NCBI GenBank assembly: GCA_964016885.1
Contig: OZ024742.1
Coordinates: 52,824,001-52,888,000 of the forward strand
Direction: 5' to 3'
From: Eledone cirrhosa
Lineage: Eukaryota
DNA length: 64,000 bases
In this document: piece by piece, positions 24,061 to 35,960 of the stretch
Numbering within the stretch: position 1 is the first letter of the stretch
How the letters are laid out: each line of letters opens with the position of its first letter
Notes under the pieces: generated by a model
Seen by the model: the letters and a program-made list of their open reading frames with translations, nothing else
The model's database searches: none
Told to the model about the DNA's origin: nothing
Translations under genes and position numbers: made by a program

Positions 24061-24589
24061 TTTCACACCTTATAACAATGTTTTAACTCACATGTCTTCT
24101 AGTTTACTACCCGATAATCTGGTTTTTAATTATATTTAAATTCCTTTAAGAATTAAAGCAGCTCAAGAAATATTCAATAATAGTTTTAAATTGATTAAAA
24201 TGTTTTTTCATTTCACATAACTCTATGTTGTTCCACTTATATTTATCGAAAGATTATGCTAATAAATAACCAAGGAAATGTGTAAGTGTATGAAGCTCTT
24301 ATGTAAGGTGCTTTCAGTTAAGGGGAGCGTGAAATTCAATTTATTTAGTGGGGTTGATAGAAGTTTGGGGGCTGACAGTCCTATATTACATATATAGAAC
24401 ATATTGACGTCAACATAAGACTGTGCGTTTCTACCTGCTGATGAGATCTGTAGCATCTGTACTGCAATGTTTTTGGTATTTTCTACACACACACACACAC
24501 TCACACACACACACTCATATTAATCGGCTCAGTATTTTTATACTTGGAGCTTAATAGTTACAGGGTTCCAATTGAGTTTTAACTCTAAT

Positions 24590-24642
<53 letters not shown>

Positions 24643-24674
24643 CACATATATATATATATGCATGTAGTATATAA

Positions 24675-24915
24675 TTATAATTTCCCGTCGGTTAGTTTAA
24701 TAACCGGGGAGTTGTTTGATTGTTGATTGTCACAGCTTTTTCATCACACATTCTGTGAGCTTTTCAGTGATAAGATGGTGTAAAAAGAACGAAGAGGAGA
24801 CAAAGTAACATAGGTAGTCACAGAAGAGGTCACAGAATGCATGATGAAAGAGCTTTGGCAATTAACAACCAAAGAACCCTCCGGTTATTAAACTAACCGA
24901 CTGGAAATTATAATA
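24675..24915. repeat. Inverted (fold-back) pair of an ~85-bp repeat motif
   Basis: TTTCCCGTCGGTTAGTTTAATAACCGG...CATTCTGTGA is complementary to TCACAGAATG...CCGGTTATTAAACTAACCGACTGGAAA. A third copy lies at about 28400-28500. Confidence 0.8.
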
Positions 24916-25004
24916 AATTGAAGTGAATAAATATCTGTTTCAACACATGTTTTTACATCATAAATATTGTAAAAATATAAAAGAACGAAGTATATATAAT
25001 ATAT

Positions 25005-25043
<39 letters not shown>

Positions 25044-25189
25044 ATATTAACAAATGGAAACTATATTTATAAAACCATATTTATTTCATTATACATATTT
25101 CAAGGACACCAAACCAAATTATGGTGCGCTTTCATCAGATATCAGTTATAAAAATATTTGCTTGTTGTATCCCAACAAATTAAATATAA

Positions 25190-25235
<46 letters not shown>

Positions 25236-25323
25236 CAAACATATATATTATATAAAGATATATGCACACAAAACGTCACACACATATACATACATACAAC
25301 GCATACATACATAGATACATACG

Positions 25324-25357
<34 letters not shown>

Positions 25358-25908
25358 CATGGTGGCTGCCAACTCGTTTTCGGGTACGGCCACTACTTTA
25401 TATCCATGTAGGAGAACCCCTATCGATGCGCTGAACGAGTGTGACTTTTTAGTCCAGCCAGCCACTTGAAAACTCTGGCGACAAGTGCAGAGAGATCTCC
25501 AGATATAAAGCAATGCCTGTGCCGTGAAGCTTTTATAGTGAGCAAAGGCACTGCACAAAGCCAGTCCCACTCTCTTAACCAAGATGATATTTACCAAAAA
25601 GAAGAACAAGTCAACATCATTGGATACCATCAGGGTTGCAGGTGTTATATCAGAGTTTTCCTTCTCCTAGAATTCTGCCTTGACAAAGGCTAAGAGGTCA
25701 TCTCTCCCGGTGATTTCGGATGGCCATTGACTCTTACGAGCTCCTTTGCCCTTTGACAGGTTTTGTTTTTAGTCCTGCAGGATGTCCAAAGTCACCCTCC
25801 TCACCAAGAAACCTTGGTGGGGTTGCCAGTTTAGTCGTCAACGACCCGACCATGAGACAGGTTGTACTGGGATACATGTTACCAGTAGCACCAACTGGTG
25901 ACCTGACA
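25358..25908 (-). mobile_element. Short non-autonomous RTE derivative (RTE 5'UTR plus RTE 3' end), bounded by (TACA)n
   Basis: 25548-25700 matches the RTE upstream region at 58565-58730. The end GGCC..GAAAACGAGTTGGCAGCCACCAT-(GTAT)n resembles the RTE 3' end at 54432-54475. Confidence 0.7.
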
Positions 25909-25939
25909 TACATACATACATACATACATACATACATAC

Positions 25940-26347
25940 ATGGTGGCTACCAACTCGTTTTCGAGTAAGGCCACTACTTTATATCCATGTAGGAGAACCC
26001 TACCGATGCGCTGAATGAGTGTGACTTTTTAGTCCAGCCAGCGACTTGAAAACTCTGGTACAAACACTATACTTGTGACAATTATTGGCACATAGTGCTG
26101 GGCCCATGGTATCATGTGACGACAAGTGCAGAGAGATCTCCAGATATAAAGCAATGCCTGTGCCGTGAAGCTTTTATAGTGAGCAAAGGCACTGCACAAA
26201 GCCAGTCCCACTCTCTTAACCAAGATGATATTTACCAAAAAGAAGAACAAGTCAACATCATTGGATACCATCAGGGTTGCAGGTGTTATATCAGAGTTTT
26301 CCTTCTCCTAGAATTCTGCCTTGACAAAGGCTAAGGGGTCATCTCTC
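25940..26347 (-). mobile_element. Second, 5'-truncated tandem copy of the same RTE derivative
   Basis: Near-identical to 25358-25705, with an extra ~60 bp at about 26058-26118. Confidence 0.7.
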
Positions 26348-27019
26348 ATACATACATACATACATACATACATACATACATGTAGAGATGCCGGCAGAAA
26401 AAAAACTTACAGACAAGCATACTGACAGTCAGGTATAGAAAGCGAAAGATTGTGAGACAGACGACGTATAATGCACAACTAGGCACATATATACACCCAG
26501 TCATATATAATAAAGTGATATAAAAACTTTCGCAGCATTTTAAAAATGCGTCTCCTAATCAATATTCAACCAATATAAAGTAAAAGAGAAAATACATTGA
26601 TAACACTCTGACAATAACAAAAATATCAACAACAGTTGAAATAATACTGCCTCTATCAATACAATACCTACACCCACCACACCACACCCCAAGCCATGAC
26701 AGAAAATTGACTATTGATCTGATTAATACTTTCGTTTCTCTCTTCTTTTTTTAACTCTTTTCATTTCCCTATTTTTTTTGTTGTTTTGTTTTGTTTTTTA
26801 TGTTTTTTTTTGTTTGCTTTTTATTATTTTTTATTTAAGGGTTTCTTTCTTGTTATTTTTTTCTTTATTTTTTCTTTCATTTTTGTTGTTTCTGTTGATT
26901 GATATATTATCTATCTTAAGCTGTTTACTTTTTACTTCTTTCACTAGAAGACAATCTTGTGGTTATTACTTGAAATACCATTGTTTTGGTCTTTATGTTA
27001 TATTAAATGGTGTTGTGCG

Positions 27020-27410
27020 TATATGTACCTGTGTGCTTATATGTACCTGTATGCTTCTTTGTGTGTGTATGTGCGTGTGTTTCTTTTTATGTGTGTGTGT
27101 GTATTCTTTGTGTATGTGTACGTATGTTTTTGTGAGTGTACGAGTTTGTGTGTTTTTTTTTGTGCGTACGTATGTTAGTGTGTGTGTTTTTTTGTGTGCG
27201 TACGTATGTTAGCGTGTGTGTGTTTTTTGTGCGCCTACGTATGTTAGTGTGAGTGTGTTTTTGTGTGCGTACATGTGTTAGTGTGTGTTTTTAGTGTGCG
27301 TGTGTTTTTTGTACGTACGTGTGTTAGTGTGTAAGTTTTTTTGTGTTCGTACGTGTGTTAGTGTGTTAGTGTGTGTGTGTGTGTTTCTTTTTGTGCATGT
27401 GTATGTCTGT
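27020..27410. repeat. Degenerate GT-rich minisatellite (TTTTTGTGCGTACGTATGTTAGTGTGTGTG-like)
   Basis: About 30-bp motif repeated several times. Confidence 0.7.
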
Positions 27411-27862
27411 TTTCTATGGTATACCGTAATGTGTGTAGTACGTTATGGTGGTGAAGTGTTTGTGGACTGGGTGTGGACTATTGAACTCTATTTGGTGAGA
27501 TGTTTCTAGTATTAGTGATTGATTTCAACAATGTCTAGAACCTCTCAGAAGAAAATGTGTTATCAAATCATAAACACAATCGACAAATATACAAAGACAG
27601 CTTAATAATAAACTGTTTAAGTGTACAAATGAGAGAAGAATGTACTTCATGTATATATATATAGTAGAGTTCATTTCTTTACTTATCTGTTTATTTATTT
27701 ATTATCTATTTATTTATTTATTTGCTTAACTATTTATTTAATGTGTGTAAAGTTTGTATAACGAATAATATAAGATATGTTTACGAATAAACATTTGAAG
27801 TATTTAGCTATTAATTTTAATGGTGGTGGCTACCACCACCTATCTAGTTCTAGCAGAAGGAA

Positions 27863-27913
27863 GGGGGAGTTACCGACAGCTGTTTCTAGCTTGTGGCCGT
27901 TGTCAAGCACCCC
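27863..27913 (-). ncRNA. Degenerate type I hammerhead ribozyme motif (U3:A8 core)
   Basis: Minus strand: GGGGTGC-TTGACAA-CGGC-CACAA-GCTA-GAAA-CAGCTG-TC-GGTAACTCCCC. Palindromic stem III and a GUC triplet; stems I and II are imperfect. Confidence 0.45.
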
Positions 27914-28552
27914 TTCACCTTGCCTCACACTGGAACTCAAATAAGTCACAAAAATATAGTTTAACGCTTATGTATATGGGCTGATTAGACATACTTGCAG
28001 ACGGAGCTGTAGGCTGGCTCTGCCTGAACAAGAAATAGAATTAAGGTGTTCGCTCCAAAATAGCAGTATACATATAGGTATGTAAAGTGTGTATATCAAA
28101 TAATGTACGATATGTTTACGAATAAACACTTGAAAGCATTTAGCTATGGAAATATGGACAAGATGAATACATATAGAGACACAGAAGAACCAAACTAATA
28201 AAACAAACCAAACACACAGAGATAGAACAAACAACCAACTAGTGACAAGTAAATAAACGTATAAATATATGAATAAATAAATACACACACGACCTCGCGC
28301 GCACGGATATAACGCATGCGCAACTTAGGTAAACAGCACACAGCTCACAAAAACAAGTTAGTGTGAAAGAGACTCAAAATAACAAATTAGTCACTAAGGA
28401 GGTCACAGAATGTGTGATGAAAGAACTTTGAGAATAAACAAATAAACAACCATCCGGTTATTAAACTAACCATCTGGAAATTTGTAACAAATTGAAGTGA
28501 AAACCAACAGGTGTGTCCGTTTTTAATCGCAGCCTGACGCCCCCAAAGTATA

Positions 28553-28660
<108 letters not shown>

Positions 28661-28856
28661 TAAGTGTTTACAAACACACCGAGCATTATAATAAATGTTC
28701 GGTAAATCCATACGCACATATATATATGTGTGCATGTATGTATATATATACATACTACTGTACGTCTGTATACATATATGTATGTATGTGTACATACTTA
28801 TATTTAAGTAACAGCCGTACTAAGAGTGGGAAATGAAATTTCGTTTCATTTTTTCC

Positions 28857-28891
<35 letters not shown>

Positions 28892-28931
28892 TGAAAAAGA
28901 ACAAAGGAACTATTATGACATTATAACAAGT

Positions 28932-28986
28932 TTATTGCCGACAGCCGTTTCGTCCGACCTTATGGTGGGATTTTCAAGGCATATAA
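28932..28986 (-). ncRNA. Type I hammerhead-like motif (U3:A8 core)
   Basis: Minus strand: TGCC-TTGAAAA-TCCCACC-ATAA-GGTCGGAC-GAAA-CGGCTG-TC-GGCA. Stem I is TGCC/GGCA; the G10.1 partner of C11.1 is missing. Confidence 0.55.
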
Positions 28987-29904
28987 CATGTGATTGTAAG
29001 TTCATTATTTACATCAACGTATCACTCAAGACTAGCAGTTTGAAATTGTGGTATACATCAGCAGCTCCGCTTGTATATTTGGGGTCTATATTCTAAGGGG
29101 GCTCTTTTATATTAGTTGTCGGAGTCAGGGATTGAAGGTTAAAAATTAGATAATTTATAATTTACGCATTAAAAGTAAAAGACTTGGGATCACGTAGAAG
29201 CACCTTAAAAAATCCCTCAATAGGTGCATAAAGCTTACAAGCCCCAATAAACTTAACAAACTAGAAGAGATTAAGAGACTAATAAAATAAAAAAATAAAA
29301 ATATAAAGTTTCCCTAAAGAATATAAAGTTTCCTAAGAAATTCCTTCGAGAGAAAAAAAATTTTTCGAAAGAAAAAAACTTTCTTCCCCAGAGATCACGT
29401 TAAAAAATTTCAGAAAATTTACGAAGTTTTGATAATCCTTACTAAGTTGGAAGAAACTAATCAATTAAAGGTTAATTCAAAAAGCCTTCAATAAATCCCT
29501 CAGAAAAGGCCCCTTTAATATTTTTAATAGGAACCTCCTCCGTGAGACCCTTCGAAGAATTAAAATTTTAGAGAGCCTTTAAGGATATATATAAACGAAT
29601 TGAGGAAAATTATAAATTAAAAGTTAAAAATTACGGTATTTGGGATATCCGAGGAATTTTCAAAGGGCTGCTTCAACAGATACAACTTAGGTATAATAGA
29701 TAAAATAATTTAAGTAATTTAAGTAATTTAATTAGGGAGCAATTCAAAGAGCTTGTCAAGTTGGGCAAGATTAAAGAAATTGATAAGTAAGAAAATATAT
29801 AAGCAAAAAGACAATAATTATAAAATGTATTTTTAAGAAGGTATAAGGTAGCTTCAGTAATCTAATAATGTACTAACAAAAAATTATTATAAAATTATTG
29901 ATAC

Positions 29905-30155
29905 AGGATTAACAAAGACATAATAATATATTCCTGCCTAATTAACAAATAATCAATAAACAATTAACAGTCAAGCAAAATTAGCTCAGGGATATCCCGC
30001 GCTCGGATACTTTACACACATACAGCAACACATAGGATTAACAAAGACATAATGGTATATTCCTGCCTAATTAACAAACAATCAATTAACAATTGATATT
30101 CAAGAAAATGTACTCAGGGATATCCCACGTACGGATACTTTACACACATACAGCA
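29905..30155. repeat. 129-bp tandem duplication
   Basis: AGGATTAACAAAGACATAAT...GGATACTTTACACACATACAGCA starts at 29905 and again at 30034. Confidence 0.9.
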
Positions 30156-31549
30156 GGATGAACAATACAGGTGACCCTGTGGGCGCGATATCCATTATGC
30201 TATGTAGTCATCTGCATAGCTCCAGGCACAGTTGGTCTTGTTTAAAAGTTCAGAGTTCACGAATCAACTGGGATTCACTATCAGCCGCGTGGACTCTCTG
30301 GGAAATGTACCTGTGGATCAAAAAGCTAGTGGTTGCTGGGTGTGGTCCGTTCGATCTTTTAGTTTCGAGGATTGCACGCGTTTGCGATAGATCAGCCTGC
30401 CGGTTCTAAATCCAAGGTCTCGCTGCATAGGATGTATTGGTTTACATGCTATATTGGTAAAAAAAAACCAGTGTGGATTTGACTGGGGTGGTATATTACG
30501 AACTCCAAGCACACGCGCGACTGGTCAAATGCGACGGGCTGTCCCCTCTTTGTTTGCTGTATGGGTCGGTTCCAGCTTAGATGGTGGTCGTGTTATCCAT
30601 ATTCCGTCAGCCCTGTATATTCAAGACAGATCAGGGTATATATTTGCGGGAATGGTCTGGCGTCTACGCTATCCAAAGGGTCTCTCTTGTGGTATTTTCA
30701 AGTTCGCATGTCATCTCCCGGGTAAGACTGCGCATGCTTCGGTGAATCTCATGCATGGAATCTTGGGGTATCATATTACACGGGGTGACTAGCAGAAAAT
30801 ATATATTCTATGCTATCGCGCACGCGCTGGCCTGTGGCTACGACCGTGTCCAGTCTCGGGTAGTAGCAGACAGCAGGTAGACCAGCTAGACACACCCCTG
30901 CTCAAGGGGCACAACCCCTAACTTATCGAGTGGTCAGACATCAAGGGAGTCAACTCTCCAAGCCCATTAAGTCAACCGTGGTAATATACAAAAAAATCCC
31001 TATTAATAAAGAACTAACTCAAAAAGAACCACTAATAATAAAGAAGAACTAACTCAAAAGAAATGAGTGGGGGAGAATGGGGAGGGGCATCTATTTGGGC
31101 GGGGGTTTATTAGGGGAGGGGGAGGGGGGTTGATTGGTTATAGGCAGGGGGCGGCCGCCATATTGGGTGTTATGTTACTGTTTCCTTGGGCAAGTTCCCG
31201 AATTTGTTAACATACATCTCCGACGGCACCTCCCCAGATAAGTCAACGTGGGTCCAGGCACTCACAATGTCCTACACCGCAGGCATCAGCTGCCCCCAGG
31301 GTGCCCAGCAACAATGCTGTCACCAATCCCAAGTTGGCAAGTGGGACACAGGGTCGACTGCTCCTCACCAGAGTCCCCATCGGCAATCGGGGAGCCGAGG
31401 CATCAATGCGGCCGGGGTTACTAAAGAGCACCCTATTACATTAATATTTCTGCTCTGCTTATACGCATAGAGCTTAACTAGCTACCGTCACATATTTGGT
31501 AGGTCAGACGTGATCATCGCGATTCACATACGACCTACCATACATCTTG

Positions 31550-31639
<90 letters not shown>

Positions 31640-31945
31640 CATACACATACATATATATCGGCCAGTGGAGTGCGTAGGTTAAAGGTTTCCCCCGCAGAAG
31701 ACGCGGGTCTTCCATAAGTAATGTTTCCAGCTGGTCGGCTCTGGAACCTATTGCTGAGAGCTGACTGTTCTGAGGCAATATCCTCTAATGCGTAACCTGA
31801 CTAGAAACGTAGCCAGCACTCCAACTACCGATCTTATATCATAAATTATGAACAATTATTCCAGTATCCTATCTATACATATATATCGCCTCAGTACACA
31901 CCTCATACTTATACCTTTATTTACATGTTATATGTAGTTATATAC

Positions 31946-31987
<42 letters not shown>

Positions 31988-32024
31988 CTGTCTTTACATA
32001 GGAATGTACGCATATAAATAACTA

Positions 32025-32095
<71 letters not shown>

Positions 32096-32236
32096 GTATA
32101 CATACATACATACATACATACATACTTAATGCATACAAGCTCATACATGTCACTCCATTTACAATCACATCATGTACATATACATATGAATTTTTATATT
32201 GTCACACACAGACACACATGTATGTATGTTTGTATG

Positions 32237-32304
<68 letters not shown>

Positions 32305-32310
32305 TTTATA

Positions 32311-32382
<72 letters not shown>

Positions 32383-32387
32383 TACAT

Positions 32388-32437
<50 letters not shown>

Positions 32438-32715
32438 TTCCTTTGTCGCTGCTGTGGAATTTCATCATTCTTGATTGGCTACTTATGTAGTTTGAAAGGA
32501 GAATAACACGACGAAGAATTCATGTTTGACTTGCCGAATAGTACTAATGACAGACAAGCTATATTAAATAAATCTGTTTGTACCGCAGAATCCATTGCTG
32601 GAGTGAATGCGAGACAATTGTCTTGGTGGACAGTATAAAAGACAATAAGAATTAGATTTCATCATGAAATACATTTTATTTATTTTACTTATGTATTTAT
32701 AATGCATCTTTTACT

Positions 32716-32832
32716 CATTTATTTTATTTTATTTTATTTTATTTTATTTTATTTTATTTTATTTTATTTTATTTTATTTTATTTTATTTTATTTTATTTT
32801 ATTTTATTTTATTTTATTTTATTTTATTTTAT
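32716..32832. repeat. (TTTTA)n microsatellite
   Basis: Directly visible. Confidence 0.95.
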
Positions 32833-34195
32833 CTTATCTTATTTAAGTCTACTTTATATTATGGTGTTACAAGAGATCTGATATTCTGTTTCTATGCTGT
32901 TATTCTCATTTCAATGGTGAAAGCAAGCAAAAGGAACGAACAAAAATATAGAGAAACTCCAATTGATAACACATAATGGCATGTTAGAATAGGATGTAGT
33001 CTTGGGGCAAAAAAGTAATATTCACACAAAGAACAACAATACTGGAAGCACTTAAGATTCTACGCCACAATACACTCTACTAAACTTAGCTTATACTGCA
33101 CTTAAAAAAATATCTTCAATAGCTTAACAGTGTCAGGCCTTAATATTTCATTTAGCTTCATGGTTTTAGAAAGGTGTATGTGACAATAGTAACAACAGTC
33201 TCTGACAGTACAATGTTCTCACATCTACATATTAACATATGTTCAAACCAAAAAAGGAAAAATTCCAAACAAAAAACAAAAACAAGTGACAAAACAGAAC
33301 AAAACATAACAAAAACCATACAGCAACGACCGACAAAACTAATGCACAAAAGTAAAACATATATCTTTGAGTGTACCGAGTAGATTTACAGACAGGTAGA
33401 TGAGGGTGTGCCTATGTGGTCATTTCTATCTAATTTCTCGACCTGCTAGAAATAACAGCCCAAACGTATTGAAATAACTTTGAATGACCAAGATGGATTA
33501 TGTAGTTTCAGATATACTATGGGATAACAGAAAATGAGATGGTCACGGCTGGGACGTCCTTAATCATACACTTTATTTATTGAGATAGTAAAAAGAAGGG
33601 CGCATTAGATAACGTATTTCTATATATTCAATATCTGAATTAAAGATGATTCACGACAAAGGTGACGGCGACAATGTCTTTCGTCTTCTCTATTAGTGCC
33701 GTATGTATATATGGACCCGTAACAACTGGTGGAGGAGTCATAGGGGCAGCGTGGTTTCAGACAGCGTGTCTTGGACATTTCAAACATGGCGGAGCTCATC
33801 CCCTCTTTAGCCAATTTCTTCCAGAGAAGAAGAGATGGAGAGGGGGTGAGAAGGAGGTAGTAAATAAGAAAGATATATAGAAGAATAATCGATCCCAGTA
33901 CTGGACTGGTACTTTTTTATCGACTTCAAAAGGATGAAACACAAAGTTAACCTCGGTGGAATATATATATATAGCCCCGAAGAACAAACATCGAAGCCGC
34001 CTGTACCCATATCGATAGCCTCTATTGAATTAGTAATATAACATAACATCCTTATTACTAGAGATGATGTTGGTGAGGTGGTGGCGTGATGACTGCTATA
34101 CCTAATCATGAACGCCCCGGAAATATGCATTGAAGCGGATTCTTAATTAAATAAATTATGAGTATCTACATCTAGCCTTTGCAATTATCATTATT

Positions 34196-34365
34196 GTGGC
34201 ATAGAGTTACGACCCTTTACGTTCGGGATTCATATCCCGCCGTGGTTAGCTTTGCCTTTCATCCTTAGGGGGTCGATAAAATAAAGCATCAGTAATGCAC
34301 TAGGGTCCATTTAATTACTTCCCCTTCTCCAAATTGCTGGCCTTGTGCCTATAGTAAGAATCATC
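34196..34365 (+). mobile_element. tRNA-derived SINE (Meta-domain-like core)
   Basis: B-box-like GGATTCATATCCC followed by TTTGCCTTTCATCCTTAGGGGGTCGATAAAATAAAG and GGCCTTGTGCCTA; same family as 63052-63235. Confidence 0.75.
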
Positions 34366-34769
34366 ATTGTATGTATACTCCGCCATGAACTACCGAATCG
34401 CATTTGAAAGGACACACCTGTTGTTGAGTGCTTGAACCCAATTGTATCATAATTTGCTGATTGGATGTGTTGCATACACAGCACTGGTTGGTCAATATTG
34501 TATACAAAAGTATATATATACGAAAAGTACACGGAAATAATAAGGCAAACAATACTGTACAATGAAGAAATCTATTAGATTAACACGTGATATGAAAGCT
34601 GAACAGTGTTTTAATGTTTTGGACACTATTCTTTCATCAGAAGATAGAAGAAATACGAAGATAGAGAGTGAGAGAAGGAAGAAACGGGAAAAACGTCTTT
34701 TGGGGGAAAAAAGCACTTGTGTGTTCAATCAGATACATGAACAAGCATATATATAACAAACACACCACA

Positions 34770-34864
<95 letters not shown>

Positions 34865-35545
34865 CTTTGCAATCATGTGAATAATGAAAGTAAATTTATT
34901 GCATGTAATTTTATTTCGATTGCAATCGTACAGAGAGAATGGGCGTTCGTCAAGTCATTTTCAGAATACTGCTGAGAGGGGGAATGGATGTATGGATAGT
35001 TGGCCGGATTGATGGACGTATAGTTGGATGGTTGGATTGGTGGTTGGATAGTTGGATTGAATTAAGAGACTGATCAAAAAGGAAATCATGGTGAAACGAT
35101 AAAAGCCACATCATCAATAGCAACGACAATAACAATTAGAATGAAAAAAAAAATCAACGGCATCTGAGTTAAATATATAAAAGACGTGTGGACGTAGGAA
35201 AGACATTGAAAGTATTTCATTATAAAATGCAATGGAAAATTGATACTGAAAAACGAATTGTGATGGATTGTTAAATAAATAGTGTATAATGGAAGAGGAA
35301 AAAAATAAAGGAAAGTGAAAATATATGATGGAATTTAAAATTTTTCTGGTGAAAATTGGTAAAAAAAAAATCTTTAAATAATCGGCGAAATTGAAGTAGC
35401 CAAGAAAAGAAAGTGAAAAACAAAGTATGTGTAAGTTTAAGGCGACAGAGCTATTAACAACACTGAGTGTCGTGTAATTGGCTGTTAGGTAAGAAAAAAC
35501 GAACGAAAAAAAACAGAAATAAATAAATATAGATATATATATTGG

Positions 35546-35582
35546 TAGATAGATAGATAGATAGATAGAGAGATAGATAGAG

Positions 35583-35654
<72 letters not shown>
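35546..35654. repeat. (GATA)n microsatellite, 3' flank of the Tx1 element
   Basis: Directly visible. Confidence 0.95.
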
Positions 35655-35960
35655 TTCTTTATTAGCCACAAGGGCGCACAAGAAAAGGAGACAATACAAA
35701 GACATGCCGGGGATTTTACATACAGTCGTGTAAAAAATATAAAAACAAACAATTGCAACAATCGAAATCCCCAATAGGGGGGAGGCACCACAAATGGGTT
35801 GTTTAATACCCCGTCGATAGAACAACCCTCAACTGCAGGAGCGTGTTGTGCAAGTGCCCCTTTCTTCCTTTTGCTCTCTTCTTTAACCTACAGGCTTATA
35901 AACAGAGAAGGCACAATCACTCGGGCCATTTTCGCTTCATTCACCCACCTTTCAGTAAAT

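Larger units (their letters stand above)
28890..31550 (-). mobile_element. Unclassified ~2.7-kb insertion between (TA)n tracts, possibly Penelope-like or non-autonomous
   Basis: Hammerhead-like motif at the low end, an internal 129-bp tandem duplication, a degenerate minus-strand ORF at about 30150-30400 and a G-rich block at 31068-31160. Confidence 0.4.
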
